Of a DNA stretch of 64,000 nucleotides, positions 51,097 through 59,637 are shown in pieces (the first letter of the stretch is position 1; each line of letters starts with the position of its first letter). The translations under genes and the position numbers were made by a program. Source of the DNA: an uncultured Actinomycetota bacterium (GTDB lineage Bacteria; Actinomycetota; Actinomycetes; Actinomycetales; Dermatophilaceae); assembly GCA_963757225.1 (NCBI GenBank), contig CAVWQU010000017.1, forward strand, positions 8,866-72,865, written 5' to 3'. The notes under the pieces are model-generated. The model had not been told where the DNA came from. It did no database searches and saw only the letters and a program-made list of their open reading frames with translations.

Positions 51097-51764
51097 CCGT
51101 CGAGCACACCGAGCGCGGGCCGCTCGACCGCAAGGAGGTCGCCGCGCTGGTCGCGCGCGACATCCCGCCGGGATCCTTCGTCAACCTGGGGATCGGCCAG
51201 CCGACGATGGTCGCCGACTTCCTCGACCCCGCTTCCGGGGTCATCCTGCACACCGAGAACGGGATGCTCGGGATGGGACCGGCCGCGGTGGGCGACCAGA
51301 TCGACCCCGACCTGACCAACGCGGGCAAGATCCCCGTCACCGAGCTGCCGGGCGCCTCGTACTTCCACCACGCCGACTCGTTCGCGATGATGCGCGGCGG
51401 GCACCTCGACGTCTGTGTCCTGGGTGCGTTCCAGGTCTCGGAGCGCGGCGACCTGGCCAACTGGCATACCGGCGCACCGGACGCGATCCCGGCCGTCGGC
51501 GGGGCGATGGACCTGGCGATCGGGGCCAAGCAGACCTTCGTGGTGATGACCCTGTTCGCCAAGGACGGCACGGCGAAGCTCGTGCCCGAGTGCACCTACC
51601 CATTGACCGGAGTGCACTGTGTCACCCGCGTCTTCACCGACTACGGCGTCTTTCAGATCACGCCCGACGGGGTGCTGGTCTCGCAGACCTACGGGATCTC
51701 GTTTGCCGAACTGGCAACACGAGTTGACGTGCCCTTGTCGATGGGTGAGACGCTGCCCGGGTGA
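51093..51764 (+). CDS. pcaJ: 3-oxoadipate CoA-transferase subunit B
   Basis: VNLGIGQP, HTENG, RGGHLD, GGAMDL. Confidence 0.92.
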   Translation: MTVEHTERGPLDRKEVAALVARDIPPGSFVNLGIGQPTMVADFLDPASGVILHTENGMLGMGPAAVGDQIDPDLTNAGKIPVTELPGASYFHHADSFAMMRGGHLDVCVLGAFQVSERGDLANWHTGAPDAIPAVGGAMDLAIGAKQTFVVMTLFAKDGTAKLVPECTYPLTGVHCVTRVFTDYGVFQITPDGVLVSQTYGISFAELATRVDVPLSMGETLPG

Positions 51765-52414
51765 GCCACCACGACCACGATCCCGACCCCACCACCCTGC
51801 ACACCCCTGAGTTCTGGGACGACCGCTACGGGTCGACCGAGGCCCTGTGGAGTGGTCGGCCGAACCAGCGGCTCGTGGAGAACGTGGCGGGTCTGAGCCC
51901 CGGTGTCGCGCTCGAGATCGGGTGCGGCGAAGGTGCGGACGCGATCTGGCTCGCGCAGCAGGGGTGGACCGTCACGGCGGTCGACGTGTCGAGGGTCGCG
52001 CTGGAGCGGGCAGCGAGCCACGCCGCCGAGACCGACCTCGCCGCGGCCGATCGGATCACCTGGAGCCAGCGAGACCTGCGCGAATGGGCGCCCGAGCCGG
52101 AGTCCTACGACCTGGTGAGCGAGCACTTCCTGCACCTGCCGAGTGCGGTGCGGGTGCCTCAGCACGCGCGGCTGGCGGCGGCGGTCAAGCCCGGCGGGAC
52201 CCTCCTCATCGTCGGGCACCACCCGGGCGACAACGCGATGATGCAGCGGCCCCACTCGGACGACCTCTTCTTCACCCCGGAGGAGGAGGCGAGCCGGCTT
52301 CCCGCCGAGGAGTGGGACGTCGTCGCGACCTCACCGACGCGGCCGGCCCGCGACCCGGACGGCCACGAGATGGATCTGACCGACGCGGTCGTGCGGGCGG
52401 TCCGGAGGAGCTGA
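51761..52414 (+). CDS. Class I SAM-dependent methyltransferase
   Basis: FWDDRY..WSGRPN, LEIGCGEGAD, VDVS. Confidence 0.88.
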   Translation: MSHHDHDPDPTTLHTPEFWDDRYGSTEALWSGRPNQRLVENVAGLSPGVALEIGCGEGADAIWLAQQGWTVTAVDVSRVALERAASHAAETDLAAADRITWSQRDLREWAPEPESYDLVSEHFLHLPSAVRVPQHARLAAAVKPGGTLLIVGHHPGDNAMMQRPHSDDLFFTPEEEASRLPAEEWDVVATSPTRPARDPDGHEMDLTDAVVRAVRRS

Positions 52415-52560
52415 CCCGCCGCGTCGCGACGGGAACGTTGACGCCACGGCCACGCAGGCGACCGAAATCCCCGAGTTCCGTCGCCCGCGTGGACGTTCCG
52501 TGGCTGTCGGTGAGGAGGACGCTCGGCGGGTTCCTGATACGCACCCCGGAGGGCGGGCGG

Positions 52561-52704
52561 TCAGTCGTCGGCGGCGTCAGGGTCCTCTTCGGGCTCGAAG
52601 GTGTTCGGCTCGCCGGTGGTCCGCTCGATGCCGTCACCGCTACCGCCCTCGATCGGTCCGTCGGTGTCGGTCTCGGTCGCGGGGGTGGTCTCGTCGTGGC
52701 TCAT
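52561..52704 (-). CDS. Small acidic hypothetical protein (47 aa)
   Basis: RBS GAGAAGGGG then ATG; MSHDETTP...GEPNTFEPEEDPDAADD with GC-rich third positions. Confidence 0.55.
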   Translation of the reverse strand: MSHDETTPATETDTDGPIEGGSGDGIERTTGEPNTFEPEEDPDAADD

Positions 52705-52781
52705 CGTGGACCCCTTCTCGTCTGATGTATGCCGTTCTCCTACCCGCGTCGTCGAGCCGGCAACCGTTCCGCGCTGGCCGC

Positions 52782-52863
52782 GTGCACATGGTCTGCGCAG
52801 GTCGTCCCACGATCCACAGGTGGCGCGGCCGCTCTGGTCGGCGCTCCCTCGCGCCGCGAGCAT
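52782..52863 (+). promoter_or_regulatory. Tad promoter element, copy 2 (upstream of flp)
   Basis: GTGCACA-n14-CGTCCCAC-n2-TCCACAG; GAGCAT 45 nt after the TCCACAG start, matching copy 1. Confidence 0.6.
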
Positions 52864-52920
52864 CGTCCCGACCAGGCCGGACCGTCCGGCTGACGCCGAG
52901 CGGCGTGATGGCGAGAGGGG

Positions 52921-53157
52921 ATGTCGATGCGGGTTTCGATGCGTGCCCGAGTGCGGGCGAGGGGGCGGGCGAGACTGCGGGCGAGGGGGCGGCAGGTCGG
53001 CCGGCTTCGGTCGGCCGGCATGACGACGGCGGAGTATGCGGTGGGCACCTTGGCGGCGGTCGCCTTCGCCGCCGTGCTGCTGGCGGTCGTCAAGTCGGGC
53101 GCGGTCATGTCCGCGCTGACGGGCATCATCACGACGGCGCTGGGTTCGGCCGGCTGA
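52921..53157 (+). CDS. Flp-type major pilin (DUF4244)
   Basis: Arg-rich leader, then G|MTTAEYAVGTLAAVAFA prepilin motif. Confidence 0.88.
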   Translation: MSMRVSMRARVRARGRARLRARGRQVGRLRSAGMTTAEYAVGTLAAVAFAAVLLAVVKSGAVMSALTGIITTALGSAG

Positions 53158-53159
53158 CC

Positions 53160-53510
53160 ATGCGCGGTGGCCGGCGGGACCCTGGCATGGTGACGGCCGA
53201 GCTCGCGCTCGCGCTGCCGGTCGTCGTCCTCGTCCTCGTGCTCGGCCTCGGGGCCATCCGCGTGGGGATCGACCAGGTCCGGTGCGTCGACGCCGCCCGG
53301 CTCGCGGCTCGCGCCCTGGCGCGAGGCGACGCGGAGGCGGCCGCTCGCGCGGTGGCGGTCTCCACCGGCCCGCCCGGTGCGGTGGTCGTCCTCGGTACCG
53401 GCGGCTCGGAGGTCTCGGCCACCGTCTCGGCCGACCGAGACCTGGCCGGCGGGCGCGTCCTCACGGTTCGGGGTTCGGCGACCGCCGCCCGCGAGGAGAA
53501 GGAGCCGTGA
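53160..53510 (+). CDS. tadE: TadE-family minor pilin
   Basis: G|MVTAELALALP, RCVDAARLAAR. Confidence 0.85.
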   Translation: MRGGRRDPGMVTAELALALPVVVLVLVLGLGAIRVGIDQVRCVDAARLAARALARGDAEAAARAVAVSTGPPGAVVVLGTGGSEVSATVSADRDLAGGRVLTVRGSATAAREEKEP

Positions 53511-53914
53511 GCCAGGGGGTCCGCGGGCTCGCGGGCGCCCGCGGGCCGGCCCGGTCGCGGCACCGCGGCTCGGGGACGGTGCTGCTCGTGGGGGTCGTCG
53601 GGGCGCTGGTCGCCCTGACCGTGGGCGCCCTCTGGGTCGTGAGCGCCGTGGTGGCCTCCCACCGTGCTCAGTCGGCGGCCGACCTCGCGGCGCTGGCCGC
53701 GGCGGCCGTGCTCGTCCGGGGCGACTCGTCCGCTCGCGCCTGCGAGCGGGGGACGGCGATCGCCGCCCTCAACGGTGCACGCCTCGCGTCGTGCCGAGCC
53801 GGTCCGGACCTCACGGTCGAGCTGGTCGTCGACGTCCCGTCGACGGTGTCACGCGTGGGGACCGCGACGGCGCGGGCTCGAGCCGGGCCGGCGACCTCGG
53901 GCGCCGGGCCATGA
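53507..53914 (+). CDS. Rv3654c-family TadE-like minor pilin
   Basis: RG|SGTVLL, HRAQSAADLAALA, ARARAGP. Confidence 0.85.
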   Translation: MSQGVRGLAGARGPARSRHRGSGTVLLVGVVGALVALTVGALWVVSAVVASHRAQSAADLAALAAAAVLVRGDSSARACERGTAIAALNGARLASCRAGPDLTVELVVDVPSTVSRVGTATARARAGPATSGAGP

Positions 53915-53971
53915 GGCGCGGGTCGAGAGTGGGGGGCGAGAGTGGGGGGGTCGAGAGCGGCAGCGCCCGGG

Positions 53972-56443
53972 TCACTCACGGTGGCTGGCGCCGTCCAGGG
54001 TGAGGTCGAGGAGGGTCACGGCCCGGGCCTTGTCCAGCGGCTCGTTGCCGTTGCCGCACTTGGGGGACTGCACGCACGACGGACATCCCGCCACGCAGCC
54101 ACATCCGGCGACGGCGGCACGCGTACCGGACAGCCAGGCCTCCATCGCGTCGTACCCGCGTTCGGCGAAGCCCGCACCCCCCGGATAGCCGTCGTAGACG
54201 AGGATCGTCGGCGCCCCGGTGTCCGGATGCAGGGCGGTCGAGACGCCACCGATGTCCCACCGGTCGGAGGTGGCGACGAGCGGGAGCATCCCGATAGCGG
54301 CGTGCTCGGCGGCATGGGTCGCGCCGGGGATCGCCGCCTCGGGGACACCCCAGGTGCCCAGCAGCTCGGCGGGGACGGTCCACCAGACCGCCTTGGTCGG
54401 CAGGGTGCGCACCGGCAGCTCCAGGGGATGCTCGCCGATCACCTCGCCGGTCGGGAGCCGGCGGAGGAACGAGGTGACCTGGGTGCGGACCTCGACGTCC
54501 CCGAAGGAGCACCCGACCGGTCCCCACGAGCGGGTGCGGTCGACCGCCACGATGTTGAAGGCCGACACCGAGCGGGCCTGCGTCGACCACCCAGGGTCAC
54601 CGACCCGGACCAGGGCGCACCCCTCGTCGAGGTCGAGGCTGACGACGACGAAGGTGTCGCCCTGGTGGACGTAGACCGCGCCGGCGTGGACGGCGGTGTG
54701 CGATCGGGCGTCGTCGATCGTGCCGAGGACGCGTCCGGTCCGATGGTCCGCGATCCGCAGCGTGGTGCCGGACCCGCGCAGCGAGACCCGGTCCGTGGGC
54801 CGGTCGCCCTCGGCCCAGAACCAGCCGGTCGGCCGCCGGCGCAGGACGCCCGAGGCGGCCAGGCGGTCGAGCAGCGGCACCATCGAGGTCCCGAAGTACG
54901 CCTCGTCGGCCTCGGTGAGGGGCAGCTCGGCCGCGGCCGCGGCGAGATGCGGCCCGAGCACGTAGGGGTTCTCCGGGTCGAGGACCGCGGCCTCGACCGA
55001 CGCCCCGAAGACGGCGTCGGGGTGATTGACGAGGTAGGTGTCCAGCGGGTCGTCGGCGGCGACGAGCACGGCCAGCGACTCGGCTCCCGCGCGTCCCGCG
55101 CGTCCGGCCTGCTGCCACATCGAGGCACGGGTGCCGGGCCACCCGGCCAGCAGGACGGCGTCCAGGCCGGAGACGTCGATGCCGAGCTCGAGGGCGGTCG
55201 TCGCCGCCAGACCCAGCAGGCCGCCCGCCCGCAGCGCGGCCTCGAGCTCGCGGCGCTCCTCCGGCAGGTACCCACCGCGGTAGGCGGCGACCGTGTCGCC
55301 CAACGTGACGTCGAGCTCCCGCAGGTGGCTGCGGGCGGCGGCGGAGATGACCTCCACGCCGGCTCGCGAGCGGGCGAAGGCGACGGTCTGGACCCCCTGG
55401 GCCACGAGGTCGGACAGCAGGTCGGCCGACTCGGCGACGGCGCTGCGCCGTCGCGACGGCGCTCCCCGGCCGGACCCGGGGCCGTCCTGGGCGCCCTGCG
55501 GGACCTCAGCGGTGGCCGGTTCGACCGGGAGGTCGGGCGAGCCGGGCTCGGCTCGCCAGGCATACCCCGTCTCTCCGGGCTGCCACAGGCCGAAGGTGAG
55601 CGCCGCCCGCGGCGAGCCGTCCTCGGTGACCGCCTGCACGGGCATACCGACGAGGCGAGCGGCGTGGACGGAGGGGTCGGCGACCGTCGCGGAGGCCAGC
55701 ACGAACGTCGGCGACGACCGGTACCGCGCGCAGACCCGACGCAGCCGGCGCAGCACCATCGCGAGGTGCGACCCGAAGACGCCGCGGTAGACGTGGCACT
55801 CGTCGACGACGACGTAGCGCAGGGCCCGCAGGAAGGGCGCCCAGTGCTCGTGGCCCGGCAGCAGCGAGTGATGGAGCAGGTCGGGGTTGGTCAGGACGTA
55901 GTTGGCGTGCTCGCGGACCCAGCGCCGGTCGTCCGGGGAGGTGTCCCCGTCGTAGGCGGCGGCCCGCAGCCCGGGCAGGGCCAGCCGGTCCAGCCGGTCG
56001 AGCTGGTCGTGGGCCAGCGCCTTGGTCGGGGCGAGGTAGAGCGCGGTCGCGCCCCGCCCGTTCGGGGCCAGCGAACCGTCGACGACGTCGGAGAGGGCGG
56101 GCAGCAGGTAGCCCAGCGACTTGCCCGACGCCGTGCCCGTCGACAGCACCACGTGGGACCCGGCGTGGGCGGCCTCGGCCGCCTCCAGCTGGTGGCTCCA
56201 CAGGGTCGACAGACCGGCCTGGGTGAGCGCCGCGTAGAGGGTGGGCGTCACCCAGTCCGGCCACGGGGCCGGCGAGGCCTCCCGGGCCGGCACGCGGTGG
56301 ACGTGGGTCAGGCGCTCGCTGCGCGCACCCTGCGCCAGATGGCTCAGCAGCGCCTCCGGGGAGGGTCGACCGGCCGTCCGGGCAGGCCCGATCGGCGGGG
56401 TCGCGGGCGATCCCGGGAGAACGGGTGGAACGGCGGTGGACAT
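53972..56443 (-). CDS. DEAD/DEAH helicase with DUF1998 (Rv3649/SftH-like)
   Basis: TGTASGKS, PTKAL, DECH, SAT, QQAGRAGR; C-terminal CGC..GCPSCVQSPKC. Confidence 0.92.
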   Translation of the reverse strand: MSTAVPPVLPGSPATPPIGPARTAGRPSPEALLSHLAQGARSERLTHVHRVPAREASPAPWPDWVTPTLYAALTQAGLSTLWSHQLEAAEAAHAGSHVVLSTGTASGKSLGYLLPALSDVVDGSLAPNGRGATALYLAPTKALAHDQLDRLDRLALPGLRAAAYDGDTSPDDRRWVREHANYVLTNPDLLHHSLLPGHEHWAPFLRALRYVVVDECHVYRGVFGSHLAMVLRRLRRVCARYRSSPTFVLASATVADPSVHAARLVGMPVQAVTEDGSPRAALTFGLWQPGETGYAWRAEPGSPDLPVEPATAEVPQGAQDGPGSGRGAPSRRRSAVAESADLLSDLVAQGVQTVAFARSRAGVEVISAAARSHLRELDVTLGDTVAAYRGGYLPEERRELEAALRAGGLLGLAATTALELGIDVSGLDAVLLAGWPGTRASMWQQAGRAGRAGAESLAVLVAADDPLDTYLVNHPDAVFGASVEAAVLDPENPYVLGPHLAAAAAELPLTEADEAYFGTSMVPLLDRLAASGVLRRRPTGWFWAEGDRPTDRVSLRGSGTTLRIADHRTGRVLGTIDDARSHTAVHAGAVYVHQGDTFVVVSLDLDEGCALVRVGDPGWSTQARSVSAFNIVAVDRTRSWGPVGCSFGDVEVRTQVTSFLRRLPTGEVIGEHPLELPVRTLPTKAVWWTVPAELLGTWGVPEAAIPGATHAAEHAAIGMLPLVATSDRWDIGGVSTALHPDTGAPTILVYDGYPGGAGFAERGYDAMEAWLSGTRAAVAGCGCVAGCPSCVQSPKCGNGNEPLDKARAVTLLDLTLDGASHRE

Positions 56444-56572
56444 CGCCGATACGGTACGTCCGCCCGACCCCACAGAGTAGGGTGCGGGCGTCGGTTGGGG
56501 CGGCATGTCGCGCGCCCGACATGAGGATCGCGCTCCCGGAGGGACGCACGGTCGGGCAGAACAGGGAGGACT

Positions 56573-56911
56573 TTGGACCTCGAGATCCGGAGCTCGGTGG
56601 TCGACGGCCGCACGGTGGTGCATGTCGTCGGCGAGATCGACGTCTATACGGCGCCCCAGCTCCGAGAGCGGCTGGACCAGGAGATCGAGGCGGGGCACCA
56701 CGACCTGATCGTGGACCTGTCGGGCGTCTCCTTCATGGACTCCACCGGCCTCGGCGTCCTCGTCGGCCGGCTGAAGCAGATCCGCCTCAACGACGGGTCG
56801 ATGCGCCTGGTGTGCGCCCACGACCGGGTGCTCAAGGTCTTCCTCATCACCGGTCTCGACAAGGTCTTCGCGATCTACCCGACGGTCGGCGAAGCCGTCG
56901 CCGCCGAATAG
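56573..56911 (+). CDS. bldG: STAS anti-sigma factor antagonist, BldG-like
   Basis: GEIDVYTAPQLRE, FMDSTGLGVL, ITGL; RBS GGAGG before TTG; divergent from the helicase. Confidence 0.88.
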   Translation: MDLEIRSSVVDGRTVVHVVGEIDVYTAPQLRERLDQEIEAGHHDLIVDLSGVSFMDSTGLGVLVGRLKQIRLNDGSMRLVCAHDRVLKVFLITGLDKVFAIYPTVGEAVAAE

Positions 56912-57113
56912 GTGTGGCGGACCTCTCAACGGTTCGCCCAGGGGGGCCGAGGTGCGGGCCGCACCCACTCTGCTTTGATTAGGGCCAGCACCTGCCTACA
57001 GGTAGGGTTTCCCGGCGAATCACCCGCGCGTTCCTGCTGTGCTCACTTCTGGGGGCCAAAGACGGGTTCGTCCACTCGAGGGTGAGTGAGCGTCCTCAAG
57101 GAGGAAGTGCAGT

Positions 57114-59561
57114 ATGCCCAACCTTGCCCCGGCAGCGGCCACCCCGCTGGAGCTGGCAGGCAGCAACCTGGTCCTTGTCTACGCGGTGCTCGCCATCGCA
57201 GTCATCGCCCTGGTGTTCGGCCTGTTCTTCCGTCGTCAGGTGCTTGCCACCGACCCCGGCACCGAGAACATGCAGACCATCGGCGCTGCGGTGGAGGAGG
57301 GCGCACAGGCCTACCTCAACCGCCAGTTCCGCACTCTCAGCATCTTCGTCGTCCTCGTCTTCGGGCTGTTGTTCCTGCTCCCGGCCGACACGTTCACCAT
57401 CAAGCTGGGCCGGTCACTGTTCTTCGTCGTCGGCGCGCTGTTCTCGGCGCTCATCGGCTACCTGGGCATGTCGCTCGCCGTGAAGGCCAACGTCCGGGTC
57501 GCCTCGGCCGCCCGGGACGGCAACCGCGACCTCGGTATGCGCATCGCGTTCCGCACCGGTGGCACGGTCGGCATGGCCACGGTGGGCCTCGGCCTGCTCG
57601 GTGCCGCGGTCGTCGTGCTCGTCTACAAGGGCGATGCACCCAAGGTCCTCGAGGGCTTCGGCTTCGGCGCCGCACTGCTCGCCATGTTCATGCGCGTCGG
57701 CGGCGGCATCTTCACCAAGGCCGCCGACGTCGGCGCCGACCTCGTCGGCAAGGTCGAGGCGGGCATCCCGGAGGACGACCCGCGCAACGCGGCCACCATT
57801 GCCGACAACGTGGGCGACAACGTCGGCGACTGCGCCGGCATGGCCGCCGACCTGTTCGAGTCGTACGCGGTCACGCTGGTCGCCGCGCTCATCCTCGGCT
57901 CGGTCGCGCTCGGAACCCAGGGTCTCGTCTTCCCGCTCATCATCCCGGCCATCGGCGCGGTCACCGCGATCATCGGCGTGTTCATCACGCGGGTGAAGCC
58001 GGGTCAGAACGCCCTCTCGGCGATCAACCAGGGCTTCTACATCTCCGCGGTCATCTCGGCGGTGCTGTCGGTCGTCGCGGTCTTCCTCTACCTGCCGACC
58101 GCGTCCCCCGAGACCGTGGACGCCGCCACCGGGGCCGCTGTCGCCGGCGTGGACGGGCTGCGGATCCGGGCGGCCGTCGCCGTCATCCTCGGCATCGTCC
58201 TCGCCGCGATCATCCTCTGGCTGACCGGGCACTTCACCGGCACCGACAAGCGCCCGACGCGCGACGTCGCCCGGACCTCGCGCACCGGCGCGGCCACCGT
58301 CATCCTCGCCGGCATCGGTGTCGGGTTCGAGTCGGCGGTCTACACCGCGGTCATCATCGGGGCGGCGGTCTACGGCGCGTTCCTGCTCGGTGGCGGCTCT
58401 GTCTCGCTGGCGTTGTTCTTCGTGGCCGTCGCCGGTACCGGCCTGCTCACCACGGTCGGCGTCATCGTCGCCATGGACACCTTCGGTCCGGTCTCCGACA
58501 ACGCCCAGGGCATCGCCGAGATGTCCGGCGACATCGACGCCGAGGGCGCACGGATCCTCACCGACCTCGACGCCGTCGGCAACACCACCAAGGCGATCAC
58601 CAAGGGCATCGCCATCGCCACCGCGGTGCTGGCCGCCACGGCCCTGTTCGGCTCGTTCACCGACGCGTGGAGCTCCACCGTCCAGAACCTGCTCAACACG
58701 AACCAGATCACCGAGGCCCCGAGCCAGTTCGTGCAGGACATGTTCAACACCCAGATCGTCACGCCGACCACGCTCGTCGGCCTGCTCCTGGGTGCCGCGG
58801 TCGTGTTCCTCTTCTCCGGTCTGGCGATCAACGCGGTCACCCGTGCCGCCGGTGCCATCGTCTTCGAGGTGCGGCGCCAGTTCCGCGAGCACCCCGGGAT
58901 CATGGACTACACCGAGAAGCCCGAGTACGGCCGCGTCGTCGACATCTGCACGCGTGACTCGCTGCGCGAGCTCGCCACCCCGGGCCTCCTCGCGGCCCTC
59001 GCGCCGGTCACGGTCGGCTTCGGCCTCGGCATCGGTGCCCTGGCCGGCTTCCTCGCCGGCGCCATCGGCACCGGGTGCCTCATGGCCGTGTTCCTGGCCA
59101 ACTCCGGCGGGTCGTGGGACAACGCGAAGAAGATCGTCGAGGACGGCCACTACGGCGGCAAGGGCTCCGCCGCCCACGAGGCCACCGTCATCGGTGACAC
59201 CGTCGGCGACCCGTTCAAGGACACCGCCGGCCCGGCCATCAACCCGCTGCTCAAGGTCATGAACCTCGTGTCGGTGCTCATCGCGCCGGCCATCGTGATC
59301 CTGACCGTCGGCAACGCCGCGAACCCGCTGGTCCGCTACGGCATCGCCGTCATCGCGCTGATCATCATCGTGGCCGCAGTGGCCGTCTCCCGGTCGCGCG
59401 ACATCTCGTTCGGCGGGGACGACGACGACGTCGACGAGGAGCCGCTCGACGACGACGAGCTCGCGGCGAGTCCCGAGGCCGACGAGTACGTCACCGGTGC
59501 GGACGAGACCGAGGCCGCCCGCGCTCGCGCCGAGGCGGACGAGGAGCAGTCCCGGGTCTGA
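57114..59561 (+). CDS. hppA: Membrane H+-translocating pyrophosphatase, K+-independent type
   Basis: GGIFTKAADVGADLVGKVE, EDDPRN, DNVGDNVGD, GDTVGDPFKD. GNTTKA (Lys) marks the K+-independent clade. Confidence 0.95.
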   Translation: MPNLAPAAATPLELAGSNLVLVYAVLAIAVIALVFGLFFRRQVLATDPGTENMQTIGAAVEEGAQAYLNRQFRTLSIFVVLVFGLLFLLPADTFTIKLGRSLFFVVGALFSALIGYLGMSLAVKANVRVASAARDGNRDLGMRIAFRTGGTVGMATVGLGLLGAAVVVLVYKGDAPKVLEGFGFGAALLAMFMRVGGGIFTKAADVGADLVGKVEAGIPEDDPRNAATIADNVGDNVGDCAGMAADLFESYAVTLVAALILGSVALGTQGLVFPLIIPAIGAVTAIIGVFITRVKPGQNALSAINQGFYISAVISAVLSVVAVFLYLPTASPETVDAATGAAVAGVDGLRIRAAVAVILGIVLAAIILWLTGHFTGTDKRPTRDVARTSRTGAATVILAGIGVGFESAVYTAVIIGAAVYGAFLLGGGSVSLALFFVAVAGTGLLTTVGVIVAMDTFGPVSDNAQGIAEMSGDIDAEGARILTDLDAVGNTTKAITKGIAIATAVLAATALFGSFTDAWSSTVQNLLNTNQITEAPSQFVQDMFNTQIVTPTTLVGLLLGAAVVFLFSGLAINAVTRAAGAIVFEVRRQFREHPGIMDYTEKPEYGRVVDICTRDSLRELATPGLLAALAPVTVGFGLGIGALAGFLAGAIGTGCLMAVFLANSGGSWDNAKKIVEDGHYGGKGSAAHEATVIGDTVGDPFKDTAGPAINPLLKVMNLVSVLIAPAIVILTVGNAANPLVRYGIAVIALIIIVAAVAVSRSRDISFGGDDDDVDEEPLDDDELAASPEADEYVTGADETEAARARAEADEEQSRV

Positions 59562-59579
59562 CCCGGACCGAACCGAACG

Positions 59580-59609
59580 CAGGGCCCACCCGAGACCGGG
59601 TGGGCCCTG
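59580..59609 (+). terminator. Hairpin after hppA
   Basis: CAGGGCCCACCC gagacc GGGTGGGCCCTG, perfect 12-bp stem. Confidence 0.75.
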
Positions 59610-59637
59610 TGTCGTCTCCACCGGCATACGGTGGGGC

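Larger units (their letters stand above)
37918..52560. other. Catabolic gene block inserted between tadC and flp
   Basis: tadC and the DUF4244 pilin gene are normally adjacent (Rv3657c-Rv3656c). No mobility gene seen; boundaries approximate. Confidence 0.6.

Noticed and set aside
53972-56443. DUF1998 helicase as a DISARM/Druantia defence component
   Set aside because: Conserved Rv3649-like gene between tadE and bldG; no defence partner genes nearby.
56469-56477. CCCACAG as a third tad-promoter box
   Set aside because: Single imperfect box with no partner 31 bp upstream and in the wrong orientation for the helicase.
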